From assembly GCA_013375475.1 (NCBI GenBank), contig JABXKD010000003.1, forward strand, positions 39,866 to 103,865: 64,000 nt of DNA. The letters are read 5' to 3'. The position numbers and the translations under genes were made by a program. The number at the start of each line of letters is the position of its first letter. Within the stretch, counting starts at the first letter, position 1. Source of the DNA: Promethearchaeota archaeon (GTDB taxonomy: Archaea; Asgardarchaeota; Lokiarchaeia; Sigyniarchaeales; SOKP01). Below, piece after piece: positions 8,686 to 18,791 of this stretch. Below the pieces are notes generated by a model that saw nothing but the letters and a program-made list of their open reading frames with translations, was not told where the DNA came from and did no database searches.

Positions 8686-10086
8686 ATGATAGATTATAAT
8701 AAAACAAGAATTTTATTAGATCCAAACGAAACTCCAAAGGATTGGGTTAATATCTTGCCAGATTTACCCGTTCCTATGACGCCCTTAATAAATCCCATGG
8801 ATGGAAAACCTGCTCCTCCTGAACTTGCATTCGCAATATTCCCAAAACAATGCGTGTTACAAGAAATTTCTCAAGAGCCTTTAATCCCCATTCCAAAAGA
8901 ATTAAGGGAGATTTTTGTGAGAACTTACCGCCCCACTCCTCTTCATAGAGCATATGGTTTAGAAAAGGAACTTGGAATAGAAGGAGAAGACATCAAAATA
9001 TTTTATAAAAATGAATCAGTTTCTCCAACGGGTTCACACAAGCCAAATACAGCTCTGGCTCAAGCCTATTACTCTAAAAAAGATGGTGTTAATGAATTGA
9101 TTACCGAAACTGGTGCCGGTCAATGGGGTTCAGCGTTGTCGTATGGTTGTAATATGTTTGATATAAAATGCACGGTCTATATGGTAAGAGCTAGTTTTTT
9201 GCAAAAACCCGGAAGAAAAATATTAATGAGAGCTTTTAACGCACAAGTTCACGCAAGTCCCTCAAAACTAACGGATTCTGGAAAAAGTTACTATGAAAAG
9301 GATCCAGAACACCCTGGAAGTCTAGGAATCGCTATATCTGAAGCAGTAGAGCATAGTATGAGAAGTGATAAAGCAAGGTATTCATTGGGTAGTGTTGTAA
9401 ACTTTGTCTTATTACATCAAACTGTGATCGGGCAAGAAGTTAAAGCTCAACTTAAAAAAATTAATATTGAACCTGATGTTTTAGTTGGATGCATGGGCGG
9501 AGGATCTAATCTAGGAGGATTAATGATTCCCTTCGCTAGAGATAAATTACATGGGATATCTCCTGATTTAGAAATTGTTGGGGTAGAACCAAGAGCCTGT
9601 CCAAGCGTTAACAAAGGAGATTATATATGGGATTACGGAGATTCTGCGAAAAAAGCCCCAATTTTAAAAATGTTTACTTTAGGACACAACTTTATCCCCA
9701 GTCCAATTCACGCAGGAGGCTTACGGTATCACGGAATGGCGCCAATAATATCAATATTAACTCGTAAAAAAATAATGTCGTCTGTTATGCATCATCAAAC
9801 TGAAGTTATTGAATCGGGATTAATGTTTGCTAAAACGGAAGGTATTCTTCCAGCACCTGAAGCGGCTCACGCCGTAAAAGAAGCGATTGATCAAGCCTTA
9901 AAAGCTAAAGAAAACAATGAAAAGAAAAACATAGTGTTCTGCCTAAGTGGACACGGATTTTTCGATTTATTAGCATATAAGGAATTCTTAGTAGGCAATT
10001 TAGTAGATTACGAACTACCGACCGAAGAAATTCAAAAAGCATTAGCTGCACCTGATATGCCCAATATCGACGAAACTAATTTTTAG
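8686..10086 (+). CDS. trpB2: Tryptophan synthase beta chain, TrpB2 type
   Basis: SPTGSHKPNTA PLP lysine, TETGAGQWG, GSLGIAISEA, HAGGLRYHG, LSGHG. Confidence 0.95.
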   Translation: MIDYNKTRILLDPNETPKDWVNILPDLPVPMTPLINPMDGKPAPPELAFAIFPKQCVLQEISQEPLIPIPKELREIFVRTYRPTPLHRAYGLEKELGIEGEDIKIFYKNESVSPTGSHKPNTALAQAYYSKKDGVNELITETGAGQWGSALSYGCNMFDIKCTVYMVRASFLQKPGRKILMRAFNAQVHASPSKLTDSGKSYYEKDPEHPGSLGIAISEAVEHSMRSDKARYSLGSVVNFVLLHQTVIGQEVKAQLKKINIEPDVLVGCMGGGSNLGGLMIPFARDKLHGISPDLEIVGVEPRACPSVNKGDYIWDYGDSAKKAPILKMFTLGHNFIPSPIHAGGLRYHGMAPIISILTRKKIMSSVMHHQTEVIESGLMFAKTEGILPAPEAAHAVKEAIDQALKAKENNEKKNIVFCLSGHGFFDLLAYKEFLVGNLVDYELPTEEIQKALAAPDMPNIDETNF

Positions 10087-10098
10087 AAAATTATATTA

Positions 10099-10120
10099 TT
10101 TTTTTTTTAATTTTTTTATT
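10099..10120 (+). terminator. Oligo-T terminator of trpB2
   Basis: Two long T runs right after the stop codon. Confidence 0.5.
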
Positions 10121-10188
10121 CAATTTTAATAAAGATTTTAAAATTTCATAGATAATATCTATAAGAAACTTAAAGAGAATGTTGATTT

Positions 10189-11271
10189 TTGAATATACTA
10201 TCAATTATCATTACTTGTATTTTGTATTTATATGGAATAATTTCGCTATATATAGCATTTTTAGCGAGAAAAAAAAACGAAAAAGGAGCGTTCATTAATA
10301 ACATAGTAAACTCACTAATACTCATAATAAGCATTTCATTTAGCGTAATTTTTAATACCCTAAACATTTCTAATACAGGTTTTATCGTTTTCCCATTTGA
10401 TATATTTATGATTATTTTTGTCGTTTTTTTCCTACCTCATTTTACTTTTTCAGTTTATAGGGAAAAACGGAGATTTAGATTAATAGAAAAACCTATGGAA
10501 GAAGAAAATTCACACTTAACAGAAGAACTCCCATTTAAATACGAACTTTATAGAAAATTGACGCACTTAGTTGTCTTGGGGATTACTTTTTTCTATTTCA
10601 CGCTTGGTTTTCTAGTTCAAAACATTTTCGTGTACATATTAGATTTTTTCCCGAGTATAATATCAGACTTTTTCTTTTCCATCTATAACATGGAAGAGAA
10701 CAAAATGATTTTTACCCAATATTTAGTAGTTTTTTTGGTTGGAGCTTCCCTAATTGGTCTAATGACAGCCGACTTTACTAGAATTTTAAAACCAAAACTT
10801 TATCCTCTAAAATCAGTAAATCGAATTCTTAGGAAAAAAGAACGTCATTTGAGATTAGGTCCGCATATCTCAATGGGAATTGGTTGTTTTTCAATTATTC
10901 TACTGTACGGTCCTTTTCAGCCTATTGGTCCATTTTCTATATGTATATCAATGACCATGTCGATTTTTGGGGATATGACAGCCAATTTGATAGGAAGAAA
11001 ATTTGGACGCAGCAAAATTCGTACAACGAAAAAAACATATGAAGGTTTATTTGCAGGAATGAGCGTAGCATATATCTCAGGAATTATCACATTACTATTT
11101 TTAAATCAATTATATAAAATTAATCTTTTGACCCTAATTCTGCTTCCTTTAATTGGAACCATGATTATGGGAATTCTAGACTTTTTAGACCTAGATGTTG
11201 ACGATAATTTATCTTATAATTTTGTAATAACAACAGTTTTATTCTTTATATCAATCTTTTTACTAGCGTAA
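10189..11271 (+). CDS. CTP-dependent polyprenol/dolichol/diacylglycerol kinase family membrane protein
   Basis: RKLTH, GD..A.LIGRKFG, KKTYEG and DDN motifs; multiple TM helices. Confidence 0.85.
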   Translation: MNILSIIITCILYLYGIISLYIAFLARKKNEKGAFINNIVNSLILIISISFSVIFNTLNISNTGFIVFPFDIFMIIFVVFFLPHFTFSVYREKRRFRLIEKPMEEENSHLTEELPFKYELYRKLTHLVVLGITFFYFTLGFLVQNIFVYILDFFPSIISDFFFSIYNMEENKMIFTQYLVVFLVGASLIGLMTADFTRILKPKLYPLKSVNRILRKKERHLRLGPHISMGIGCFSIILLYGPFQPIGPFSICISMTMSIFGDMTANLIGRKFGRSKIRTTKKTYEGLFAGMSVAYISGIITLLFLNQLYKINLLTLILLPLIGTMIMGILDFLDLDVDDNLSYNFVITTVLFFISIFLLA

Positions 11272-11315
11272 GTATTCGCAACATTTTTCAATAAAAAAAT
11301 TTTATAAATAAGAAC

Positions 11316-11819
11316 ATGAGCGAAGAAAAATTAAAAATTGATAAAATAAAAAAAGGAACTGTTATTGACCATATAGATAGCGGATATGCTCTAACAATCC
11401 TCAATTTGACTGGACTTGGTGAATCTCCAAATCTAATGACAATTGGCGTTAATGTGTCCTCAAAGAAATATAACAAAAAAGATATTATTAAAATTGAAGG
11501 TGAATTTCTGGATAAAATTCAAATGCAACAAATCTCAATACTTTCGCCAAACGCTCAGATCTCATTGATTGAAGACTATAAAGTTATTGAGAAAAAAAAA
11601 GTAAAACTCCCCGATATTATTAAGCAGCTGATATTGTGTCAAAGCAAAACTTGCATTTCCAATTCAGAAGAACCTATCGATACTGAGTTCAATGTACTCG
11701 AAGAAAAGCCTCTGAAAATTCAATGTGTATATTGTAATAGAATATATAAGTTGGACGAAATCGTTTTTACCTCTAAAGAGAAGATAGAGAAGAGAATTAA
11801 ACAAACGATTCAATTGTAG
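11316..11819 (+). CDS. pyrI: Aspartate carbamoyltransferase regulatory chain
   Basis: IKKGTVIDHI, KKDIIKIE, Zn-binding C..C..C..C. Confidence 0.95.
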   Translation: MSEEKLKIDKIKKGTVIDHIDSGYALTILNLTGLGESPNLMTIGVNVSSKKYNKKDIIKIEGEFLDKIQMQQISILSPNAQISLIEDYKVIEKKKVKLPDIIKQLILCQSKTCISNSEEPIDTEFNVLEEKPLKIQCVYCNRIYKLDEIVFTSKEKIEKRIKQTIQL

Positions 11820-11823
11820 GTAG

Positions 11824-12246
11824 CTAAAGAAAGGCTAGAAAAGTATGTGTAACTGTCGTAACAATCATAAATAAAAAGAAAAAGATTCCTATTCCTGGTT
11901 TTATGATGTTCTTCCAATTCCATTCTTCTTTATCATAATCGTATTTTAAAATAACGAAACTAACAACAAAAGGGGTGATAAACCAGAAACATAACATCCA
12001 AATTAACAGAGGCCAACCTATGAAACCAAAAACCAACCTTCCTAATAAACCACTTAAAGCTGCTGTAATCGCTCGTATCCAATACAATTTTGTTTCTTTT
12101 TCAAGTCGAATGTCAATCTTTTTAGTTGATTTTTTATCCATTTGTAAATCTTGATCAGGATGGAGTTTTTTCTTTTCTTTAATTAGTTTTTGGCGTGCTT
12201 TTTTAATGTTAACCCTTTTCGATTTCCGTTTATCTTTTTTGACCAT
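11824..12246 (-). CDS. 3-TM membrane protein resembling EMC6/Rab5ip family
   Basis: LYWIRAITAALSGLLG...FIGW...WKNIIKPGIGIFFFLF pattern and topology resemble EMC6. Confidence 0.55.
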   Translation of the reverse strand: MVKKDKRKSKRVNIKKARQKLIKEKKKLHPDQDLQMDKKSTKKIDIRLEKETKLYWIRAITAALSGLLGRLVFGFIGWPLLIWMLCFWFITPFVVSFVILKYDYDKEEWNWKNIIKPGIGIFFFLFMIVTTVTHTFLAFL

Positions 12247-12397
12247 AATTAGTATTAGTAATATTATTTTTTTTATTAAAATTTTGTAATTTAGACTTAC
12301 CTTATTTATTTAAATATCTCCTAAAAAAGGAAAAATAGAAAATTATTGATGCATATCTAATAATAAAACTGGAATTCTATTGAAAAGCTGAACCATA

Positions 12398-14455
12398 ATG
12401 AAAAAAAATATTAAATTTTCAAATTTTGACGTATTTGCTATTACTAAAGAATTGGACATAATTCTAGCTCAAGGAAAAATTACTAACGTATATGATATTG
12501 ACGGGGATATGTTAATCTTAAAGATTAAAACTAATTTAAATGAGAAAAAAATTTTAATTGTAAAAAACGATTCACGTATCAATCTTACGAATTATAATTA
12601 CCCTATTCCGAAATATCCAAGTCAATACATTATGTCATTAAGAAAATTGTTGAAAAATAGAAAAATAATATCGGCTTATCAGTATAATTTTGATAGAATT
12701 ATTGTGCTCGAATTGGGTAACGCAGAGGGAAACCCTTGGAAATTTATTATTGAACTATTCAATAAGGGAAACTACATTGTCTTAGACGAAAATAATATAG
12801 TAAAAATTGCAAAAAGTTATAGTAAATATAAAGACAGGGACATCCTTGCTAACAGAGAGTACGCATTTCCCAAATCTCGGGGAAAAGATTTTCTGGTTAT
12901 TACCCAAGAAGATTTTCACGAGATTATCCTCAGTTTTGAAGGCGAAATAGTAAGATTATTAGCGAGACATATTAACATATCAGGAGAAATAGCTGAAGAA
13001 ATTTGTCTTACAGCGGGAGTTGAAAAAAATCGGTTGGGAGGAGATTTAAACGAAAAAGAAATCAACTCATTATTTAGCGCATTTAAAAAATTAAGAAATC
13101 AACTTCTTTTTGGTGAAATGAATGCAAGTATTGTATTTAATGAAAAAGGAGAAGAAATTTCAGCCATTCCATTTGAATTAGTGCTGTACAAGGATCATCA
13201 AAAAAGAGCGTTCAATTCATTTAATGAAGCTGTTGATGAGTATTTCTCAAAAATGGATTCTACAAAAATGATTAAACCTCAAGATCATGCTATAGTTCAA
13301 GGAATAAAATCTCAAGAAAAAATCTTAAAAAACCAACGAGAGTATCTCGAAGAACTTGAAATAAGAAAAAACATGTACTACGATCAAGGAGCCTTTATTT
13401 ATGCTAATTTTAATGCTATTCAAAAAATATTTAATGTAATTTTAGAGGCTAAAGAAAAGGGTCACAGTTTAGTAGAAATAGACGAAAAATTACAAATTGC
13501 TAAAAGTGAAAATTTTAAGGATTTAATATTTTATGTTAGAATTGTTCTAGCTACTCGCCAAGTAGTAGTTCTAATTAACGATAAAGAAGTATATTTAGAT
13601 TTAAATAAGACTGTTGGCGAAAATGCTAATTTAATTTACAACAAAGGTAAAAAAGCAGAAAAAAAGCTAAAAGGAACTCTACCTGCAATTGAAAAGACGG
13701 AGGAGAAAATAAAAAAATTAGCAATTGAGAAAGAATCTATTGACTTAGAAGTTGACTTTCTAATGAAGAGACCAACCAAAAAGTGGTACGAAAAATTCAG
13801 ATGGTTTGTATCTTCTGATGGATTTTTAGTAATTGGTGGAAGAGATGCAAGCTCGAACGAAACAATATTTAAAAAATATATTACACCTAACGATTTAGTA
13901 TTTCATGCTAATTTTCCAGGATCGCCATTAGCAGTAATTAAAAATCCTGAAAATGAGGAAATCCCAAACAGCTCAATTAAAGAAGCAGCTGATTTCGTAG
14001 CTAGCTTTTCAATAGCTTGGAAAGAAAATTGGGGCGTCGTCGATGTATTTTACGTTCTACCAGACCAAGTTTCTAAAACACCGCCTAGTGGTGAATTTTT
14101 AACTAAAGGTAGCTTTATGATTTCGGGAAAAAAGAATCTTATTAAAGGTGCTAAAACAGAACTGGCTGTTGCCTTGGAGTTCCTAGAAATCGAAAACGAA
14201 TCTAATCCTGAATCTCAAATATTCTATCCACACATTTTATGTGGGCCAACTAATGCTTTTAAAAAGAAATCTAATTTAATAGTAATAAATCCTTCCAAAT
14301 CTGGAGACACAAAAGGAAAGCTAGCAAAAGAAATCAAATCAATTTTTCTGAATAGGTTAGAATCTACAAAAAAGAAGTGGGTGAAAATTTTACCCCTAGA
14401 TGATATTATACTTGTACTTCCTACTGGAACATCTAAAATTAAGAAACTTGATTGA
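12398..14455 (+). CDS. rqcH: Ribosome quality control factor Rqc2/RqcH (NFACT family)
   Basis: FDRI, ELF..GN, WYEKFRWF.SSDGFLVIGGRDA..NE, KTPPSGEFL.KGSFMI.G. Confidence 0.93.
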   Translation: MKKNIKFSNFDVFAITKELDIILAQGKITNVYDIDGDMLILKIKTNLNEKKILIVKNDSRINLTNYNYPIPKYPSQYIMSLRKLLKNRKIISAYQYNFDRIIVLELGNAEGNPWKFIIELFNKGNYIVLDENNIVKIAKSYSKYKDRDILANREYAFPKSRGKDFLVITQEDFHEIILSFEGEIVRLLARHINISGEIAEEICLTAGVEKNRLGGDLNEKEINSLFSAFKKLRNQLLFGEMNASIVFNEKGEEISAIPFELVLYKDHQKRAFNSFNEAVDEYFSKMDSTKMIKPQDHAIVQGIKSQEKILKNQREYLEELEIRKNMYYDQGAFIYANFNAIQKIFNVILEAKEKGHSLVEIDEKLQIAKSENFKDLIFYVRIVLATRQVVVLINDKEVYLDLNKTVGENANLIYNKGKKAEKKLKGTLPAIEKTEEKIKKLAIEKESIDLEVDFLMKRPTKKWYEKFRWFVSSDGFLVIGGRDASSNETIFKKYITPNDLVFHANFPGSPLAVIKNPENEEIPNSSIKEAADFVASFSIAWKENWGVVDVFYVLPDQVSKTPPSGEFLTKGSFMISGKKNLIKGAKTELAVALEFLEIENESNPESQIFYPHILCGPTNAFKKKSNLIVINPSKSGDTKGKLAKEIKSIFLNRLESTKKKWVKILPLDDIILVLPTGTSKIKKLD

Positions 14456-15197
14456 TTTTTTCTAACCACTGTTTAGTAAATTTTATATTTTTATGATTAT
14501 CGAATAATATTCCGTCAATCCCTATTTCAACTAAACCTTTTATTACGGCGATTGGGTTATTATATCCAATGAAATTCCAGCTTAATACTAAAATATTATT
14601 TGTATGGCAGACTTCAATAAACTCTTGCGTGATTTTTTTTGAGTGTAAACTAATAAAATCGGGTATGAAATGTAACCTTCTTTCCTTACCCTGTTTTACA
14701 AAATCTTTAAGTTTCAAACTTTTTGCCTTAGTAATATTGTAGCATACATAACTTTCATGATAATTTCGTTTAACTTTTTCTAGATCAAGCAAATTCCGCC
14801 CGCTTATGATACAATCTTCCAACAAGTTGTGGTTATTTATAGTTCTTATTACGTCTTCTCTGATATTTTCGCCTTTTAATTCGACCATAAATTTGATCTT
14901 GTTCCTAAATGTCTTTAATACTTCATTCAAGGTTGGAATGTGCGAATTGGTCAATTTTAAGCGCATGCGAGCAATTTCTGAGTATGTATAATTTTCTAAT
15001 AATCCTTTAGAATGAGTAATCCTATCAACTTTAGAATCGTGGAAAATTACTAATTCGTTATCTTTAGTTTTTCTAACATCAATTTCAATGTAATTGGCTC
15101 CAAATTTTAATGCTGCTTCAAAAGCATCTAATGAATTTTCGTCGTGATCTATTAATGTCCCTCTATGACCAATAAAAAAAGAAATATTCTTTGACAT
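14439..15197 (-). CDS. Glycerophosphodiester phosphodiesterase family
   Basis: GHRG, ENS..AF, IEIDVRKTKD..LVIFHD, ELK. Confidence 0.92.
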   Translation of the reverse strand: MSKNISFFIGHRGTLIDHDENSLDAFEAALKFGANYIEIDVRKTKDNELVIFHDSKVDRITHSKGLLENYTYSEIARMRLKLTNSHIPTLNEVLKTFRNKIKFMVELKGENIREDVIRTINNHNLLEDCIISGRNLLDLEKVKRNYHESYVCYNITKAKSLKLKDFVKQGKERRLHFIPDFISLHSKKITQEFIEVCHTNNILVLSWNFIGYNNPIAVIKGLVEIGIDGILFDNHKNIKFTKQWLEKINQVS

Positions 15198-15228
15198 TGA
15201 AATAATAGTAGAAAATGACTAATAATGA

Positions 15229-15645
15229 TTAACTTTCCTGAACTATATACAAGTAGATTACTATTACTAACAAACCAATAAGAGTAAAAGAGAATACTAT
15301 TGAATTCTTAAATGATTGTATTAATGAAAGGAAAAATATTAGCAAGATTATCTTTAAATCTATTGGTTTCCCGGTCAATTCTTTGTAATTTCCAATACTT
15401 ATCATCATAAAGAGGAAGAAAAATAGAATTATAAGAACTTTGAGAACTGTATCTATACTTACCCAGAGTAGATCATCACCCGTAAATATAATGATGATCT
15501 CTCCATTTAAGATGATCGATAGCGCTAAAAATAAGCCTCCTAGTATGCCTGAAAGTATAACTGAACGATAAGCAGCCTTCGCTGTAAATTTTGGCTTTCT
15601 TTTTATCGATTCAGATTTTGCAGTGTCTTTTCTTATTTTTGACAT
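15229..15645 (-). CDS. Membrane protein (about 4 TM)
   Basis: Hydrophobic segments; operonic spacing with neighbours. Confidence 0.7.
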   Translation of the reverse strand: MSKIRKDTAKSESIKRKPKFTAKAAYRSVILSGILGGLFLALSIILNGEIIIIFTGDDLLWVSIDTVLKVLIILFFFLFMMISIGNYKELTGKPIDLKIILLIFFLSLIQSFKNSIVFSFTLIGLLVIVIYLYIVQES

Positions 15646-15646
15646 T

Positions 15647-16468
15647 TTAACTCCTAATTCTTTCGATTTTTTTCTTAAGTTGAGTAATTCGATATATATA
15701 AAATGCGTAAAGAGCTCCTATTGTCGAAAATATGATAATTGTTATGACTAACATTATAAGCTCACCAAAATCTCTATCCGGAGCCCCAGGTGGATACTCT
15801 AAGTATATTGAAACGATGTTTGAAATGATAATGCCACCAGGATAAATTGCTTCTTTACCAAAGGTTATTTCAAAATCAAATTCAACACCGTGTTCTAATT
15901 CTACATCTTCTACTCCACCTTCTTCGATATCAACGGGCATTGAAAACTCGTAAATAATTTCATTTCCCTCTAATTTTGCAATTCCCTCTCCGTCAGAAGT
16001 GATGTCCTCATAGTAAAGATCATCATCAATATAGTAATCTAAGTATTGTAAAGTATTTTCGCTCATATTTGAAAATTGAACAATTTTAGCGTCAGTAAAA
16101 TTTAAACTGTCCTCCCAATCGGCTATTAAAATTCCTATAAATTCGTTATCGTATTCGCTTGAACTATGATCATTTAAGTCGAACCGGATTAAGAAATTTA
16201 AACTTGATTCTGATTGCAAAATCCATAAATCAATAGGTAATCCATCGGTTTGATTTGCTATATCTTGAAACAAGGCAATACTTAGCTTTTCCGCGGAGTT
16301 CCATTCGTTCTTTGTTACATCTATAATCCCATCTATAACTGGAGCGGTTCCAAATCCTACTTGTGTTTCAATTGGGGTTCCATTGCTATTTATTATTAAA
16401 CATGCTGAACTAAGGAGTACTTGAGTAATGATTATGAGAGTTATCGTTCTTGCTATATTTTTTTTCAC
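15647..16468 (-). CDS. Secreted, C-terminally anchored acidic protein with CBM9/DOMON-like domain
   Basis: N-terminal signal, APVIDG.ID..EW and YEFSMP motifs, C-terminal TM plus basic tail. Confidence 0.6.
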   Translation of the reverse strand: MKKNIARTITLIIITQVLLSSACLIINSNGTPIETQVGFGTAPVIDGIIDVTKNEWNSAEKLSIALFQDIANQTDGLPIDLWILQSESSLNFLIRFDLNDHSSSEYDNEFIGILIADWEDSLNFTDAKIVQFSNMSENTLQYLDYYIDDDLYYEDITSDGEGIAKLEGNEIIYEFSMPVDIEEGGVEDVELEHGVEFDFEITFGKEAIYPGGIIISNIVSIYLEYPPGAPDRDFGELIMLVITIIIFSTIGALYAFYIYRITQLKKKIERIRS

Positions 16469-16672
16469 AGTTCTTTAGCCACTTTTTTTTCAATTAAGCT
16501 CATGTTCAATTTTGCTTTTAAATTAAGAAACTTTATAAAGTTGATAATTAAAATTGAATTTAATATTTTTTCTTTATCTTATCATTTTTTAAGGATTTGA
16601 AAACAGATAACTACAATTTTTTTATCTTAAAAGAGAAAACTCAAAGCTATCGTTTTGAGATTTAATTACGAA

Positions 16673-17122
16673 TCACGAGAGATAATTAGGGAGTAGAACG
16701 CTACAATTAAACTTGGTTAAATAAGCTACAATATAATTTATCAATCGTTTTATGTCTCGTTTAGCTTCAAGAATATTACTATTATTATATTCTGCAAACG
16801 ATTTTGGTCCTATTGCGATTAATAAACCTGAAAGATCCTTTTCTCTTTGTATAAGAATCCAAAATGGATTCTTTTTTTCGTTATCTTTGATTAATAATAA
16901 CATCCAAGCGTTTTCAATCCACTCCTTAGCATCAGGTCCAATTACGCTTTCTATTGCACGACCAGTAGTGTATTTTTTTGTCATCTTAATAGCTTTAACC
17001 AGTCGTAAAAAGTAAGATCTCTTTAACCTTAAGTATCCATTAAAATAAGCTTTTGCATCGTATAATTCTAATTCATTTACCGTTCCATCAGAGAATTTTA
17101 AATTAATTTTCCATATGTCCAT
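16673..17122 (-). CDS. Hypothetical protein
   Basis: ORF overlapping the upstream gene in the rnp operon. Confidence 0.7.
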   Translation of the reverse strand: MDIWKINLKFSDGTVNELELYDAKAYFNGYLRLKRSYFLRLVKAIKMTKKYTTGRAIESVIGPDAKEWIENAWMLLLIKDNEKKNPFWILIQREKDLSGLLIAIGPKSFAEYNNSNILEAKRDIKRLINYIVAYLTKFNCSVLLPNYLS

Positions 17123-17585
17123 GAGGATTCACTTTTCTTCTAGATAAACTTAATTCTTCTATTTTTATATCTTTGAATTTACTTTTATTCTTATCCAGAA
17201 ATATTTTTAAACCTTTATATTCTTCGTCATCTAAAGAAAGATCAAGATAACATTCAAAATAAATCTCTCCGTCTATAAATACTAACCCTGAAGAATGAAT
17301 AATTTTATATTTTTGGAGTTCTCTAGAAAAAATTTCAATATATTCATCAATTTGGGTTAAACCTGCTAGCAAAATTTTAATTATTTTTTCCCTATTGGTA
17401 GGATACACCGTGAATTTTGCATATATGCTAGTTTCCGATTTGATTATTAACAAATTACGATAATTATCGATCTCTTTAATGTGTGATAACGAAGTGCTAA
17501 TTTCGACATTCGATGATTTACCTATTTTTTCGATTTGAGCGAATGTTAGATTAGGGTATTTCATTATCTCTTCTTTAAATTTCAA
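17103..17585 (-). CDS. Hypothetical protein, possible C-terminal ACT-like domain
   Basis: IIHSSGL....YFECYL beta-alpha pattern. Confidence 0.6.
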   Translation of the reverse strand: MKFKEEIMKYPNLTFAQIEKIGKSSNVEISTSLSHIKEIDNYRNLLIIKSETSIYAKFTVYPTNREKIIKILLAGLTQIDEYIEIFSRELQKYKIIHSSGLVFIDGEIYFECYLDLSLDDEEYKGLKIFLDKNKSKFKDIKIEELSLSRRKVNPHGHMEN

Positions 17586-17610
17586 ATATATATATGCCTT
17601 ACTCTTTAAT

Positions 17611-17940
17611 TTACATTAATTCCTTTATTTTATTAATGCTACGAATAGTACCAGAAGTCTTAATTGGTGAAATAATAACCTGATTCCCGGATATTTCAGT
17701 TATTAGCGTTAGCGCAGACATTACAACTTCTTTTGTGCTGTGAGAACACCGAAAAATACCCAACCCATCATTAAAATTGATATCGAGCAACCATAAACCT
17801 ACCTTACTTGCCTCTTTTAATCCAAAATATTTCCAAATTGAGCCCCACACTGAATTTATAATGTCTCTCTCGATTAAAACGAAATCACCTCGTTTTATTA
17901 ATTTAAATAGTATATATCTATGTCTCTCTTTTTTAACTAT
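17611..17940 (-). CDS. rnp2: RNase P protein Pop5/Rpp14 (probable ATA start)
   Basis: Extending the 79-aa ORF upstream gives VKKERHRYILF; also GIFRCSH and KTSGTIR motifs; GGAGGTGA SD 6 nt before ATA. Confidence 0.88.
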   Translation of the reverse strand: MVKKERHRYILFKLIKRGDFVLIERDIINSVWGSIWKYFGLKEASKVGLWLLDINFNDGLGIFRCSHSTKEVVMSALTLITEISGNQVIISPIKTSGTIRSINKIKELM

Positions 17941-18665
17941 TGGGCATCACCTCCTTTAATCAGCTTAACTCCGGGCTCAATATAATTTTTATTATGACGC
18001 ATTTTAGCACGAGTGATAAGAGCCATCACATTTTCAGAAAAAGCCTTCTTGGCATTCAACAAAGGTATATCCATTAAGGTATGAGAAACACTAACTAACG
18101 CTCTGGGATGTCTCAAGTTAAATACATCGTCAAAATTTCCACTAATAATGTAATTAGCATTTAATTGTATAGCTAATTGTAATGCGCGGTATAAACTCCT
18201 AAGAACTCTAGATTGAATCGCTTTATTTTTTATCATTATTGACTCTAAAGAAAATTCTATAAATGAATTATTCTGTTTTGTAAGCGATATTACACCTGGA
18301 GTGATTGTTTTAACGATATTTTCAGTCGAAAATGATAACATATCTACTCGTGAATCTTTAGCTGCTTGAATTTGAACCTTTCTGTCGGATGACTCAACTG
18401 AAATAATACCAGATATACTTTTTGTTTTTTTAAGACTAATTTTTAAATCATCTAAATTTTTTGGGTTAATAGTTGTGCGATAGTATAATTTAAATGTCGA
18501 ATATCTGTTAAATAACTCATTTAACTCCGGTGTTATCTTGTTCACGCCATTTTCTAACTCTATAATTAAATTATTGATCCCTAAAACTCTGCAAAAATTT
18601 AACTTCTGCTCGACTTCTCCTAAATTACTAAGATTTAGTCTTAATCTTGACTCAAAATATGGCAT
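17937..18665 (-). CDS. rnp3: RNase P protein Rpp30
   Basis: A.KDSRVDML, IEFSL, ISGN.....LRHPR, PGV tail; adjacent to Pop5. Confidence 0.88.
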   Translation of the reverse strand: MPYFESRLRLNLSNLGEVEQKLNFCRVLGINNLIIELENGVNKITPELNELFNRYSTFKLYYRTTINPKNLDDLKISLKKTKSISGIISVESSDRKVQIQAAKDSRVDMLSFSTENIVKTITPGVISLTKQNNSFIEFSLESIMIKNKAIQSRVLRSLYRALQLAIQLNANYIISGNFDDVFNLRHPRALVSVSHTLMDIPLLNAKKAFSENVMALITRAKMRHNKNYIEPGVKLIKGGDAQ

Positions 18666-18791
18666 TAAGGAAATAACCTCTATGTTTAGAATTGGATTTT
18701 CAAGTAGCGTTTTCGGTGTTTTTAGTAGTTTTAAATAAAAAAAAATTTATTAGAATAAATATTTTACAAGTTATACTGTTTTATAATATAA

